Shown here: positions 8,565 through 19,254 of the stretch, piece after piece
How positions within the stretch are numbered: position 1 is the first letter of the stretch
Layout of the letters: every line of letters starts with the position of its first letter
NCBI GenBank assembly: GCA_043800065.1
Contig: JAZDNG010000029.1
Span: forward strand, 2,837-66,836
Length of the DNA stretch: 64,000 nucleotides
From: Candidatus Omnitrophota bacterium
Lineage (GTDB): Bacteria > Omnitrophota > Gorgyraeia > JAHIPI01
Reading direction: 5' to 3'
Made by a program: the position numbers and the translations under genes
Notes under the pieces: generated by a model
The model's database searches: none
What the model saw: only the letters and a program-made list of their open reading frames with translations
Told to the model about the DNA's origin: nothing

Positions 8565-10591
8565 CGAAAGCGGTTATAATAACAGAGGGCGGCAAAAAAA
8601 TAGGACTCGGGCATCTTGCGAGGTGTATCTCTCTTTATCGAGCATTTGAAAAGAAGAAAATTAGCCCGGTGCTTATCATAAACGGCGATAAAACCGCTGA
8701 GGATGTTTTGGCGGGCTACGATTGTCGTATTTTTAACTGGCTCAAGCACAAACAACGGCTATTTGATATTGCGAAAGATTCGGATATAGCGGTTATCGAT
8801 TCTTATATTGCGGGAGCCGGTATATACAAAAGAGTATCTAATTTCGCAAAAGCCGCTGTGTATCTTGACGATAATATGCGGATGAAGTACCCGCGAGGTA
8901 TTGTGGTAAACGGATCTATCTCTGCCGAGCTTATGAAATATCAGAAATCCAACGGTGTGGAATATTTATTAGGCAGCCGTTATATTTTGCTGAGAAAAGA
9001 ATTTTGGGCTGTGCCTGCAAAACGAATAAACGGTAAAATCAAAAGCATCATGGTCACCTTCGGCGGCGCGGACGGCAGGAACATGACTCCTAAAGTAATA
9101 GATTTCCTGAATACCCGCTATCCCAGCGCGGAAAAAAATGTAATAGTAGGCGCCGGCTTTAAAAATAGCAGAGAAATAGAACGGCTTAAAGATAAAAAGG
9201 TCAATTTGATATACAGTCCGGATACCAAAAAAATGCGCGCGGCCATGCTTAAGTCCAATATAGCTATTTCAGCAGCCGGACAGACATTGTGTGAATTGGC
9301 GAGAATAGGCGTGCCCACTATCGCGGTCTGTGCGGCAGATAATCAGTTTCGCGGCGTAAAGGGCTGGCAGAAAAGCGGCTTTATAAGATATGCTGGAAAA
9401 CATAGCAACAAAGGTCTTTTTAATAAACTGTCATCAGCAATAACAGAATTAGAGCCTTCTCAAAAGCGGCGCAAAGTAAGCGCGATAGGTCGGAGTTTAG
9501 TGGACGGCAAAGGAGCCCAGAGAGTCACCAAGGCAGCTATTGCTGCCGCAAAAAAAGTAAGAGTGATGCTTACGTGCGTAGGAGGCAAGTTCAGCCGCAA
9601 TACGGTAAAGCTGCTGAAAGAGAGCAAAGATCCCGAGATAACGGTTATAGGGGTCGATTCAGGCAGGAGTATCGGATGCATCGATGGCCTGCAAGCGTTT
9701 CATATCGTTCCCCGCGGCTCTGATAAAGTGTATATACCGAAATTATTGGAATTGTGCGGGAAAGAAAGTGTCGATATTGTCATTCCCTGCGCCGATGAAG
9801 AAGTAGCTAAGATAGCCGCTTTTAAATCTCAGTTTGACGGGGCAGGTATTACATGTGCGGTAGATGGCCGGAAAACAGTTGCGCTGACCAATGATAAATT
9901 TGCATTATTTGAGCACCTGTCCAGAAATGGTATAAATATGCCCAGGTACAAATTAATAAAGAGCGCACAAGAGTTGAAGAAAAGCGCAGCATATTTCGGA
10001 TATCCAAAAGAAAAATTTGTGATTAAGCCGAGATGCGGCAGGGGCACGCGCCATACATTTATCATAGGCAATGACGGCGAGTCCATGCCGTTAGAAGAAG
10101 CGCTGAATATATTCGGCGATTTACCGACGAACTTAATGGCCATGGAATACCTTTCGGGCGAGGCGTATGATGTGGATGTCCTGGCGCGTGAAGGTAATCC
10201 ACTTTGCATAGTGCCAAGGCGCCGGACATGGCTAAATAAACTATCGCCCTTTAGTGAAGGGTGCGAGGTCGAAAACAACGAGGATGTAACGGAGTTTGTA
10301 AAGAGAATAACTTTGGTATTAAAGCTTAACTACGCCTATGATTTTGATTGCGGGATTACTGCTAAAGGGAAACCCGCGTTATACGAAATAAACCCGCGTT
10401 TTAGCGGGGCGATAGCCGCAAGCGCCGGCGCAGGGATTAATATGCCTGTCATGTTGGTCAGGATGATGCGCGGTCTGGATATACCGAAAATGCGTATTAA
10501 ATTCGGGACTAAAATGATACCGAAACCAAACGGCGGCATGGACTTCGTACGCTTAAAAACAAAGAGGTTTTTAAAAGAGAACAAAAAATGA
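8561..10591 (+). CDS. Fusion of a PseG-like UDP-sugar hydrolase (N-terminal ~330 aa) with an ATP-grasp ligase domain (C-terminal ~340 aa)
   Basis: N-terminus …GGKKIGLGHLARCISL… is the PseG GxGHxxR signature. The C-terminal half (…VRVMLTCVGGKFSRN…DIVIPCADEEV…YLSGEAYDVDVLA…YEINPRFSG…) has ATP-grasp/PylC-like organisation. Confidence 0.55.
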   Translation: MTKAVIITEGGKKIGLGHLARCISLYRAFEKKKISPVLIINGDKTAEDVLAGYDCRIFNWLKHKQRLFDIAKDSDIAVIDSYIAGAGIYKRVSNFAKAAVYLDDNMRMKYPRGIVVNGSISAELMKYQKSNGVEYLLGSRYILLRKEFWAVPAKRINGKIKSIMVTFGGADGRNMTPKVIDFLNTRYPSAEKNVIVGAGFKNSREIERLKDKKVNLIYSPDTKKMRAAMLKSNIAISAAGQTLCELARIGVPTIAVCAADNQFRGVKGWQKSGFIRYAGKHSNKGLFNKLSSAITELEPSQKRRKVSAIGRSLVDGKGAQRVTKAAIAAAKKVRVMLTCVGGKFSRNTVKLLKESKDPEITVIGVDSGRSIGCIDGLQAFHIVPRGSDKVYIPKLLELCGKESVDIVIPCADEEVAKIAAFKSQFDGAGITCAVDGRKTVALTNDKFALFEHLSRNGINMPRYKLIKSAQELKKSAAYFGYPKEKFVIKPRCGRGTRHTFIIGNDGESMPLEEALNIFGDLPTNLMAMEYLSGEAYDVDVLAREGNPLCIVPRRRTWLNKLSPFSEGCEVENNEDVTEFVKRITLVLKLNYAYDFDCGITAKGKPALYEINPRFSGAIAASAGAGINMPVMLVRMMRGLDIPKMRIKFGTKMIPKPNGGMDFVRLKTKRFLKENKK

Positions 10592-11976
10592 GGATCGCAC
10601 TTATTCAAACCGTTCAACAGGAAGATACAGGCAGGCCAGAAATAGGCTTAGGGATACCCTATTTGAAATCCTACCTTTTGAAACACGAGCCGGACGTTGA
10701 AGTGGATTTATTCGTAAACGACGATAGGTTTAAAACTTTTGACCCCACTCATTATAACTTGGTAGGGATATCAAGCGTTTCCTTCTGTTTTGACGAAGCG
10801 AAGGAAATAGCGAAAATGGTAAAAGAAAAAAACGATATTCCTGTTCTTTTGGGCGGCTCCCATATATCAAATCTTCCCCAAAGCATCGAATATAAGTATT
10901 TTGATATAGGTGTTATCGGAGAGGGCGAGCAGACCTTTCTTGAATTAGTTCAAGCGCATAAAAAATACAACAGATTCACGCCAAACATACTTGAAAGCAT
11001 AAAAGGCATTTGTTTTGTTAATGACGAAAAATATTGCTTTACAGGTCATAGAGATTACATATTTCCACTTGATAATATACCTAATTTCAACAAGGACTTT
11101 TTAAGAATTACCGGTGCTTTGCCTTATGTGGTGTCAACGAGAGGCTGCCCCTTCAATTGTAAATATTGCAGTAGTCAAACGATGTGGAAAAGGAAATTAA
11201 GATTTCACTCTGCTGATTACGTTTTAAAGGACATATTGGAAATACAAGAGCTATTCCCCGAAGAGCGTAGGATTATTTTTAAAGATGATAATTTCACCGC
11301 CAATAAAAATATGCTTTTAGGACTTATCGAAAATTTAGACAAGATAGAGAAGAGAAGGGCAAAGTTTATCGGCTCTACCCATATAAAGTTTATAAACGAG
11401 GAGATGCTAAGGATATTCAAGATACTAAACGTTATAAAAATCAATTTTGGCATAGAAACAGCCTCAAACCGGCTCTTAAGGATAATCAGAAAAGGCATGA
11501 CAAAAGAAGATGCACAAGCAACTTTGGATTTGTGCTATAAAAACGGGATAACAACGGGATCGTCGTTTTTAATAGGTTTACCCGAAGAAACTGAAGATGA
11601 TTTAAAAGAGACTTACGAGTTTACTTTGGACAATATGAAAAGAAATAAGCTGTTTACCACCGGCACGAACCTGCTCACGCCCTTGCCCGGCTTAAAAAGC
11701 GAATATTGGGATACGGCTGTGAATAAATACGATATAGACATACATACTTTTGAGTGGAAGAGGTTGGATCTTAGAAGTTTTCACGCTTATTATCTGCAGC
11801 GTAACGGCGGAACCATAAAAGACTGGTGGGCGTGGCGAAAGATGAAAAAGGCATTATACATCGGCGGTCTTCCAGAGGACAAGTTTTTGAAAGTCATAGA
11901 ACCTTACGAAATTGAACTTATAAGGTATAACAAGGCAAATAGTAAGAGAGAAGGCGCTTGTGCAAATAAAAGTTAA
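10588..11976 (+). CDS. B12-binding (class B) radical SAM enzyme
   Basis: N-terminal cobalamin-binding-like domain (…VGISSVSFCFDEAKEIAKMVKE…IPVLLGGSHIS…, GEGEQTF). A CPFNCKYC (Cx3Cx2C) cluster sits at about aa 187. Confidence 0.7.
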   Translation: MRIALIQTVQQEDTGRPEIGLGIPYLKSYLLKHEPDVEVDLFVNDDRFKTFDPTHYNLVGISSVSFCFDEAKEIAKMVKEKNDIPVLLGGSHISNLPQSIEYKYFDIGVIGEGEQTFLELVQAHKKYNRFTPNILESIKGICFVNDEKYCFTGHRDYIFPLDNIPNFNKDFLRITGALPYVVSTRGCPFNCKYCSSQTMWKRKLRFHSADYVLKDILEIQELFPEERRIIFKDDNFTANKNMLLGLIENLDKIEKRRAKFIGSTHIKFINEEMLRIFKILNVIKINFGIETASNRLLRIIRKGMTKEDAQATLDLCYKNGITTGSSFLIGLPEETEDDLKETYEFTLDNMKRNKLFTTGTNLLTPLPGLKSEYWDTAVNKYDIDIHTFEWKRLDLRSFHAYYLQRNGGTIKDWWAWRKMKKALYIGGLPEDKFLKVIEPYEIELIRYNKANSKREGACANKS

Positions 11977-12994
11977 AAATAAAAGAATAGGCGATAACGC
12001 GCCTGTTTTCATAATAGCGGAAATCGGGACAAATCATAACGGCGATTCGAAGCTTGCCGCGAAGCTGATCAAGGAAGCGGCGAAGGCAAGGGTAGATGCC
12101 GTTAAATTTCAGATTGTAAACCCCGAAGAAAGTTACCAGAGAGGAAGCCTTTCCTATAAAGTATTTAAGAAGGCCCGCCTTGACTTCTCTGTTTTAAGAA
12201 CGCTTAAAAAAGAAGCAGAAAGACGGGGTTTAATATTTTTCGCGACACCGGGCGATGTGTCAAGTTTAAAAGAATTGATCAAACTGGGCGTGCCTCTTAT
12301 TAAAATATCCTCTGGCTGCATGACGAATATTGTCCTACTCAGAAAGGCGGCAAAGACGCGACTCCCCATAATAATGTCAACGGGGATGGCATATATGGAT
12401 GAAGTAAAAAACGCGGTTTTGGAATTAGAAAGAAACGGAGCGAGAGACATGGTGCTTTTGCACTGCGTGTCAAGTTATCCGGCAAAGTATGCGGACATCA
12501 ATCTTAACTCTTTGAGGACCCTTAATAATAACTTTAAATATCCTGTAGGCTATTCTGATCACACTGACGATAACCTGGCGTCATTGGCAGCTGTTTCGAT
12601 GGGCGCGGCAGCTATAGAAAAGCATTTTACCTTAAGTAGGAAACTTAAAGGCCCGGAGCACTATTTTTCCTTGGAGCCGGCGGAATTCAGGCGATTGGCA
12701 AAAGATATACGGAATGTGGAAAAGATGCTGGGTAGTTCAGAAAAAAAACCTAGCGAAAAAGAATTAAAGGCGCGAAACACTTTTCGGAGATATCTTGTCT
12801 TTATGCGCGACTTGGGCAGAGGCAGCGTTATACGGGACGAAGACATAGGCGTGAAACGGCTTAATAAGAAAATCGGTTTATCTCCTCAAAAATATGACGA
12901 TATTATAGGAAGCAAGACTTTGGCAGACGTCTCAAAAGATGATCCGGTATCACTAAGGCTGCTTAATGGCAAAAAGAGCGGGGGGATACGGTGA
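11960..12994 (+). CDS. pseI: Pseudaminic/N-acetylneuraminic acid synthase family (NeuB/PseI/LegI), GTG start
   Basis: …VFIIAEIGTNHNGD…AVKFQ… NeuB-family N-terminus. The C-terminal SAF-like tail and 344-aa length are typical. Confidence 0.75.
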   Translation: MQIKVKNKRIGDNAPVFIIAEIGTNHNGDSKLAAKLIKEAAKARVDAVKFQIVNPEESYQRGSLSYKVFKKARLDFSVLRTLKKEAERRGLIFFATPGDVSSLKELIKLGVPLIKISSGCMTNIVLLRKAAKTRLPIIMSTGMAYMDEVKNAVLELERNGARDMVLLHCVSSYPAKYADINLNSLRTLNNNFKYPVGYSDHTDDNLASLAAVSMGAAAIEKHFTLSRKLKGPEHYFSLEPAEFRRLAKDIRNVEKMLGSSEKKPSEKELKARNTFRRYLVFMRDLGRGSVIRDEDIGVKRLNKKIGLSPQKYDDIIGSKTLADVSKDDPVSLRLLNGKKSGGIR

Positions 12995-14352
12995 AAAAGG
13001 GAAACATAGTTTTGTTCTTCCCATCATATGTCGGCATGGGCACATATCATTGGTTTCCCTTTCCTTATCTATATATCGGCCCGTTTTTGGAAAAAGCCGG
13101 ATTTAAATCTGTAATTATCGACGCGAGAATCGAGCCGCAATGGAAAGAACTTTTAAGAAAATCTCTGAACGGTTCATTATGCGTGGGAATAACGGCGATG
13201 ACCGGCTCCGATATCAAGGATGCAATTGAAGCGGCTACTATATGTAAGAAGGCCGATCCAATGATGCCGGTTATTTGGGGAGGTCCGCACGCAACCGCCG
13301 ACCCGGAAGGGACCGCGAGACTAGATTACGTGGATGCCGCTGTGTGCGGCCAGGGCGAAGATGCAATGACTAAAATTGCGGAAAGGGTCTATGAGGGCAA
13401 GGATTTTTCTGGCATCCCCGGCGTGGTATACAAGAAAGGCGAATCGATTTTGAAAAATACTAAAAGCGAAGTTCCTTTTGACTACGACATCTATCCCGGA
13501 TTTCATTTGGTAGATGTAGAGAAATACCGTTCTCCGAATAACATCATATCCGTATTTACTTCCAGGGGGTGTCCATTCAGATGTTCATTCTGCACAACAG
13601 GCGATAAGGATTATTCTGAGAGGACGCTTGAACAGGTAAAGAATGAAATCTCGTTCGTGGTAGATAAGCTCAAATTCAAAAATATATTTTTTCAAGACGG
13701 CACATTCTTTGTAAAAAAGAAGAGGGTGATGAAAATAGCCGAATGGCTGGTTTCATCCGATATTAATATTAAATGGAAGGGCAAAGCAAGGACGAATTCT
13801 CTTCTTGACTATTCTGCGGAAGAACTTGCGTTGCTGAAGAAATCCGGCCTTGTATCCGTATTTTTCGGAGTAGAATCCGGCTCTCAGTCAATTTTAGACA
13901 GGATGCAGAAGGGCACGAAACCCGAAGATGCCGAAAAAAGCGCCGCGATATGCCGTGACTATGGCATGGAATTCTACGCCTCATTCATGTTCGCCGTTCC
14001 GCACGAGACTACTAAGGACCTGCAAAATACTATCGCGCACATACGTAAATTAAAAAAAATTAATCCCAAGGCGATAATCCAGAACTGCATATACATCCCG
14101 CTGCCAGATACTCCTATGTATGAAGATGCGCGCAGATGCGGATATAAACCGCCTGAAACGCTGGAGGGATGGATTGAAAGGAATATATCTTCGCGGTTTG
14201 AAGAACGTCACGATATTACCTGGATTCCTCCGAAGACACTGAAAGAGTATATAAAAATATATAACAGGGAATTCGGCGTGTATAAACATCTTTTTGAGCG
14301 CGAGAAAGAAGGGGCATACACGTCTGTTTTTAAAGAAAAGACGGAGGGATGA
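12991..14352 (+). CDS. B12-binding (class B) radical SAM enzyme, paralog 2
   Basis: …TSRGCPFRCSFCT… Cx3Cx2C cluster. N-terminal B12-like domain with GQGEDAM. 453 aa. Confidence 0.7.
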   Translation: MKKGNIVLFFPSYVGMGTYHWFPFPYLYIGPFLEKAGFKSVIIDARIEPQWKELLRKSLNGSLCVGITAMTGSDIKDAIEAATICKKADPMMPVIWGGPHATADPEGTARLDYVDAAVCGQGEDAMTKIAERVYEGKDFSGIPGVVYKKGESILKNTKSEVPFDYDIYPGFHLVDVEKYRSPNNIISVFTSRGCPFRCSFCTTGDKDYSERTLEQVKNEISFVVDKLKFKNIFFQDGTFFVKKKRVMKIAEWLVSSDINIKWKGKARTNSLLDYSAEELALLKKSGLVSVFFGVESGSQSILDRMQKGTKPEDAEKSAAICRDYGMEFYASFMFAVPHETTKDLQNTIAHIRKLKKINPKAIIQNCIYIPLPDTPMYEDARRCGYKPPETLEGWIERNISSRFEERHDITWIPPKTLKEYIKIYNREFGVYKHLFEREKEGAYTSVFKEKTEG

Positions 14353-15029
14353 ACATGAAAAAGATCTTAGTGGTCGCAGCGCATCCTGATGACGAAGTAT
14401 TAGGCTGCGGCGGAACCGTCGCTCGAATGATAGCGGAGGGCAATGAAGCATATACGCTCATACTGGGGGAAGGCATAACTTCGCGATATCCCAAAAGCTC
14501 AAATAGGATGAAGAAAGATCTGAGGGAGCTTAGAAAGGCAATAGGGAAGGCCAACCGTGTCATAGGCGCAAAGAGTGTCTTTCCGTTAAATTTTCCTGAC
14601 AACAGGTTCGATACCGTTTCGACGCTTGATATAGTCAGGAGCATAGAAGCTATAAAGAATAGAGTCAAGCCGCAAGTTATATTTACGCACCACTGGCGCG
14701 ATTTGAACATAGACCATAGGGTGGCTTTTAACGCCGTTCTCACGGCATGCCGGCCCGTAGAAGAGGAGACCGTAAGCGCGATTTATTCTTTTGAGATACC
14801 GTCTTCAACGGAATGGAATTACCCTTACACCTTTGCGCCGAATCTATTTGTGGATATAACGGCGATGTTGAGTAGGAAAATTTCGGCAATGAAATGCTAT
14901 GCGACCGAACTGAGAAAATTTCCTCATCCACGGTCTCCCAGGGCTGTTGAGGCGCAGGCTGCAAAATGGGGAAGCGTTGTTTCCAGAAATTATGCCGAAG
15001 CGTTTGAAATCGTGAGAATGATAAAATGA
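14349..15029 (+). CDS. PIG-L/LmbE-family N-deacetylase
   Basis: ILVVAAHPDDEVLGCGGTVA… is the canonical LmbE AHPDDE metal-binding motif. Confidence 0.75.
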   Translation: MNMKKILVVAAHPDDEVLGCGGTVARMIAEGNEAYTLILGEGITSRYPKSSNRMKKDLRELRKAIGKANRVIGAKSVFPLNFPDNRFDTVSTLDIVRSIEAIKNRVKPQVIFTHHWRDLNIDHRVAFNAVLTACRPVEEETVSAIYSFEIPSSTEWNYPYTFAPNLFVDITAMLSRKISAMKCYATELRKFPHPRSPRAVEAQAAKWGSVVSRNYAEAFEIVRMIK

Positions 15030-16006
15030 AATATATAAGCCTATTACGCGCCACGGAAGATGATGGCATACATATATTAAACTGGAGAAATGATCCTACG
15101 GTGCAGAGCAATTTCTTTGACTCCAGGCGTATTTCATTTGAGGAACATATGAGATGGTATAAAGAAAAGCTGCGCGACCCGGATGCAGCTTTATATATAA
15201 GCCGATACGGCAATGACAGGATAGGCGTAATACGCTTCGAAAAGAAAAAGGCCGCCGTGTCTGTAAGCGTCAACGTTGCTCCTCATCTTATCGGAAAGGG
15301 CTTTGGAAGCGAGATCATACGCCTCGGCACTGAGCGCTATTACGCCGAGACAAAACAGAACGTACCTGTCGTAGCCGAGATAAAAATTGAAAACATTTCC
15401 TCTCAAAAAGCGTTCCGGAAGGCCGGATACAACAAGAAGACAAAGGATAAGGCGAAGATTGTTTTTATTAGGAAGCCCGAAGACACGTGTATACGTGATA
15501 AAGAAATCTGTTTCCTGCCTTTGCAACAAAAGCATATAAATAAAATATACCTCGGATGGCTGAATGACCCTGACGTGACCAAGTACCTTGAGACAAAGAA
15601 GTCGACCGAAGAGGAACTCAAAACCTATTATAAGAATATTTTGGGCAACATCAATGTGATGATTTTTGCCATTGAGGTTCGTAAGAGGCATATCGGCAAT
15701 GCAAAACTTGAAGTAAACTGGAAGCACGGGTATGCGAACTTCGGCATCATGATAGGTGATAAAAAGGAGTGGGGCAAGGGGTACGGAGCAAGAGTGGCGC
15801 GCCTTATTGCAGATTATGCCATAAACAGGTTGAACCTTTATTCAGTAATTCTGGGGGTATACGGTAATCATACTGCCGCAATAAGGTCGTACATAAAAGC
15901 CGGCTTTCATATAAAAGGCCGGATGCGTGGTATGTTAGATTTTGAAGGCAAGCGTGTTGATAAGGTATTTATGGGTATTTCGCGGAAAGAGTTGGAGGTG
16001 CGGTAA
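15026..16006 (+). CDS. Tandem GNAT N-acetyltransferase (two PseH-like domains)
   Basis: Two about 160-aa halves each carry GNAT-like motifs. The N-terminal …ILNWRNDPTVQSNFF…EEHMRWY… resembles PseH. Confidence 0.55.
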   Translation: MKYISLLRATEDDGIHILNWRNDPTVQSNFFDSRRISFEEHMRWYKEKLRDPDAALYISRYGNDRIGVIRFEKKKAAVSVSVNVAPHLIGKGFGSEIIRLGTERYYAETKQNVPVVAEIKIENISSQKAFRKAGYNKKTKDKAKIVFIRKPEDTCIRDKEICFLPLQQKHINKIYLGWLNDPDVTKYLETKKSTEEELKTYYKNILGNINVMIFAIEVRKRHIGNAKLEVNWKHGYANFGIMIGDKKEWGKGYGARVARLIADYAINRLNLYSVILGVYGNHTAAIRSYIKAGFHIKGRMRGMLDFEGKRVDKVFMGISRKELEVR

Positions 16007-17614
16007 ATGGCAGGTACGCAATTTCCGGTTGACATATACGCCGTAAAAGAATACGGCGTCAAAAAATGGCAGGGCGAGTTCTTCTGGCCGGTATCGGATG
16101 ACGAGTTTGTAAAACTTGGTACGGAGATCGACCGTTATCTGAAAGACGAGATCAATAGGCAATCTGGCGAAATGAGTGATCTGCTGTTAATCTATAGTTC
16201 GTTGCGTGCGGAATACCTGTTGTTTTTCCATGCGCTGAAAGTCGCCCAAAGAGTAAAGGCGGCGGGCAAGGAGTTAATGTATTCGGATAAGACTTTATGG
16301 TATAAAGAAATTGCATCCGGCGAGCGCATGGAAATTCCGAAGCTCAGAAGAGGCAAGGCAAAATATACGTTTATTAACAGGATAAAAGTAGAGGCAGCCA
16401 GGATTATTTGGCGTATTCTATATAACGATAGGCTAAGCAAGGTTTTCAACCCGAAGGAGAATAAAGAAATTGTTTACATATTCAACTCTTTGACTCCGCT
16501 TATGAAGCTTTATATGAAAAATTCACCCTATACGTTTAACATGACTTCAGAGCGAGACTGGGCAGAGGATAGTTCTTTTGTCAGCATACCCGACAATCTG
16601 CTCAATTCTATAGAGGATACCTCACGAGCCATCTCGGCCAACTTGGCGTCAACTGCGGATAGGAATGGGATAGAACTTTCGGATAATCATAAGGGCTATC
16701 TCACTAAGCTTACCGAAAGCATGCTCACAGACGCGGCAAGGATAATGTATTCAATAAAACCCAAAATAGAGGACAGACGTAATGCGCGGTTTTTTTTGTC
16801 AACGTTCGTCAGTTATTTTCCGAGGGCGCTTGCCGTTCTTGCCCGGAAGAATGGCGGCCATGTAACTACCTTCAGTCACGGCGGTAGCATAGGCCTTTAC
16901 GATGCATCCACAATGGCTTTTCAGGAATTCGCGGTTTCAGACGAATATGTCACCTATAACAAGAAGAGCACAGAGCTTTTTGAACGTATTAAGAATAATA
17001 ACCCCGCTCTCCGGAATAACGATACGCTCATAACATCGTGCGATGACAATGCATATGAAAATATGTGGCTGATAAACCGCAATAAGCCACTGCCGAAAGA
17101 AATAAAGAAAGTCATGATTATAGGATATCCCCATAACCAAGGGAGGAAGTACCATGCGCCCGGTTCAGTGTCCCTCATCCAGCTCGATCTTGAATTACGC
17201 CTGGCCGATTTTTTAAGAGGGCATGGATATGATGTATTCTATAAGGCGCATCCTGACAGAATTGCCGAAGTAAAGGGAGTCTTTGACGACAGCGCCAAAG
17301 TACTGGAAGGGTATTTTCAGAATTACATCGATAGCGTCGATGCATTTATATTCGGCAGCATAAGGACAACGGCATTTTTAGTAGCGCTGTGCACGAATAA
17401 GCCGGTAATCGGATTTATGATGGAGAACGAAAGATTTAAACCCTTTCCTGAGGCGCTAGAAAGTCTTAAAAAAAGATGTAACATGGTAAAGGCAAAATTT
17501 GACGAGCATAACCGTATCGTTTTCAACGAAAAAAAACTTTCTGATGCTTTAGCCCAAAAACCGACTCAACCAAATACCGAATTTATTGAGAAGTATATAT
17601 TTCCGGAAAAATAA
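16007..17614 (+). CDS. Hypothetical protein, candidate GT-B ulosonic/nonulosonic-acid transferase (HP motif)
   Basis: 535 aa. The C-terminal region (…VMIIGYPHN…VFYKAHPDRI…) contains the K-x-HP motif shared by bacterial sialyltransferases and KpsC/KpsS Kdo transferases. No other recognisable family. Confidence 0.3.
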   Translation: MAGTQFPVDIYAVKEYGVKKWQGEFFWPVSDDEFVKLGTEIDRYLKDEINRQSGEMSDLLLIYSSLRAEYLLFFHALKVAQRVKAAGKELMYSDKTLWYKEIASGERMEIPKLRRGKAKYTFINRIKVEAARIIWRILYNDRLSKVFNPKENKEIVYIFNSLTPLMKLYMKNSPYTFNMTSERDWAEDSSFVSIPDNLLNSIEDTSRAISANLASTADRNGIELSDNHKGYLTKLTESMLTDAARIMYSIKPKIEDRRNARFFLSTFVSYFPRALAVLARKNGGHVTTFSHGGSIGLYDASTMAFQEFAVSDEYVTYNKKSTELFERIKNNNPALRNNDTLITSCDDNAYENMWLINRNKPLPKEIKKVMIIGYPHNQGRKYHAPGSVSLIQLDLELRLADFLRGHGYDVFYKAHPDRIAEVKGVFDDSAKVLEGYFQNYIDSVDAFIFGSIRTTAFLVALCTNKPVIGFMMENERFKPFPEALESLKKRCNMVKAKFDEHNRIVFNEKKLSDALAQKPTQPNTEFIEKYIFPEK

Positions 17615-17644
17615 AAATTTTTTGAGTTAAAGTAGAGGCAGAAT

Positions 17645-18577
17645 ATGAAAATTTTAATAACGACAAGTTCGTTTGGAAAATACGATAGGATTCCGCTCGA
17701 TAAGCTCCGTTCGGCGGGCCTGGAGATTATTATGAACCCCTTCGGCCATACCTTGTCTAAGGAGGAGGCGCTGGAATTATATACCCCGGACATAGAGGGC
17801 GTCATAGCGGGCGTCGAGAATATCACAGAAGAGATGATTTTAAGGGCGAAGAACCTAAAGGTGATTTCCCGTTGTGGAATCGGGTTAGATAATATTGATG
17901 CTAAAGCGGCAAAACTGCGCAATATAAGAGTGCTTAATACGCCAGAACCCGTAATAGATGCTGTAGCAGAACTGACTCTATGCTTCATTTTGTGCTGTCT
18001 GCGGAATGTACCCGCTGCCGATAACAATATGCACCGCAGCGTTTGGGATAAGCCGACGGGTTTATTGCTAAAAGGCAAGATATTAGGAATTGTCGGATTG
18101 GGAAATATCGGCAAAAGGGTAGTAGAATTGACGGGCGCTTTTAAACCGCAATTCTTGGCTTACGACAAGAAAAAAGACACTGCTTTTGCAAAAAAATATA
18201 ATGTGATTTTTAAGAATTTAGAGACATTGCTTTCGGAATCGGATATAGTGAGCCTGCACCTGCCGCTTACGGAAGAGACAAAGCGCTTATTGAATGCGGG
18301 GAATCTAAGCCTTATGAAGCTAAGCGCTTTTTTGATAAATACGTCCAGGGCGCAAATCATAGATGAAAATGCTCTAATCGGCGCCCTAACGCGGAAACAG
18401 ATAGCCGGTGCGGCGTTGGATGTTTTTGAAAAAGAACCCTATGCCGGCCCGTTGACCGGACTTAGCAATGTCATATTGACGCCGCATATCGGTTCTTACA
18501 CAAAAGAGGCGAGAAGTGAGATGGAGCTTCAGGCAGTCGACAATTTAATAAAGGCATTGTTGGGATATGGGAGATAG
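17645..18577 (+). CDS. D-isomer-specific 2-hydroxyacid dehydrogenase (glycerate/phosphoglycerate dehydrogenase-like)
   Basis: NAD-binding GKILGIVGLGNIGKRVV motif. Overall 2-Hacid_dh organisation with a catalytic His/Glu/Arg region (…LTPHIGSYT…). Confidence 0.75.
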   Translation: MKILITTSSFGKYDRIPLDKLRSAGLEIIMNPFGHTLSKEEALELYTPDIEGVIAGVENITEEMILRAKNLKVISRCGIGLDNIDAKAAKLRNIRVLNTPEPVIDAVAELTLCFILCCLRNVPAADNNMHRSVWDKPTGLLLKGKILGIVGLGNIGKRVVELTGAFKPQFLAYDKKKDTAFAKKYNVIFKNLETLLSESDIVSLHLPLTEETKRLLNAGNLSLMKLSAFLINTSRAQIIDENALIGALTRKQIAGAALDVFEKEPYAGPLTGLSNVILTPHIGSYTKEARSEMELQAVDNLIKALLGYGR

Positions 18578-19253
18578 TTCTAAAAAGAATCAAGCGAATA
18601 TAGATAAATACAGCGTTTTTTTCTTCGATTTCGACGGTGTAATCGTTGACAGCCTGGATATCAAATCTCAGGCATATGCCGAGCTTTTTGAGGGCTACGG
18701 AAAAGACGTTGTCAGAAAAGTGATGGATTATCACTTAAGCGAGGGGTGGGCATTGTCGCGCTACGATAAATTTAAATATTATTACAAAAACGTCTTACAC
18801 AAGAAAATAACCCCCGCAATAATAAATGAGCTCGACAAACGGTTTTCTGAGTTGGTGGAGCAAAAAGTAACGAAAGCGCCTTTTATCAAAGGCGTAATAG
18901 AGTTTTTAGAGGCGCTTAAAACGCGCGGGAAAGAATGTTTTATAATTTCCGCAACGCCCGAAAAAGAAGTAAAGCGGATAGCGGAATCAAAAAGGATAGA
19001 CAGCTTTTTTAAGGAAATCATCGGCTCTCCAAGGACAAAAAAAGAGAGCATGAGGTATCTGCTTAGGCGATATAAAATAAATCCTGCCGCAGCAGTTTAT
19101 TTTGGCGACACAAAAAGCGATTATGAAGCTGCCCTTGAAAACGCGATAAATTTTGTAGGCATAGACTATGACGGCAACAAGGAGCTCGAAACATTACATG
19201 GTATATTTAAGGTAAAGGATTTTTCACATTACACGATGAGGAGGGATAAATAA
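18567..19253 (+). CDS. HAD-superfamily hydrolase (phosphatase, subfamily IA)
   Basis: FFDFDGVIVDS motif I (DxDG), and later …FGDTKSDYEAA… motif IV. Confidence 0.7.
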   Translation: MGDSSKKNQANIDKYSVFFFDFDGVIVDSLDIKSQAYAELFEGYGKDVVRKVMDYHLSEGWALSRYDKFKYYYKNVLHKKITPAIINELDKRFSELVEQKVTKAPFIKGVIEFLEALKTRGKECFIISATPEKEVKRIAESKRIDSFFKEIIGSPRTKKESMRYLLRRYKINPAAAVYFGDTKSDYEAALENAINFVGIDYDGNKELETLHGIFKVKDFSHYTMRRDK

Positions 19254-19254
19254 G

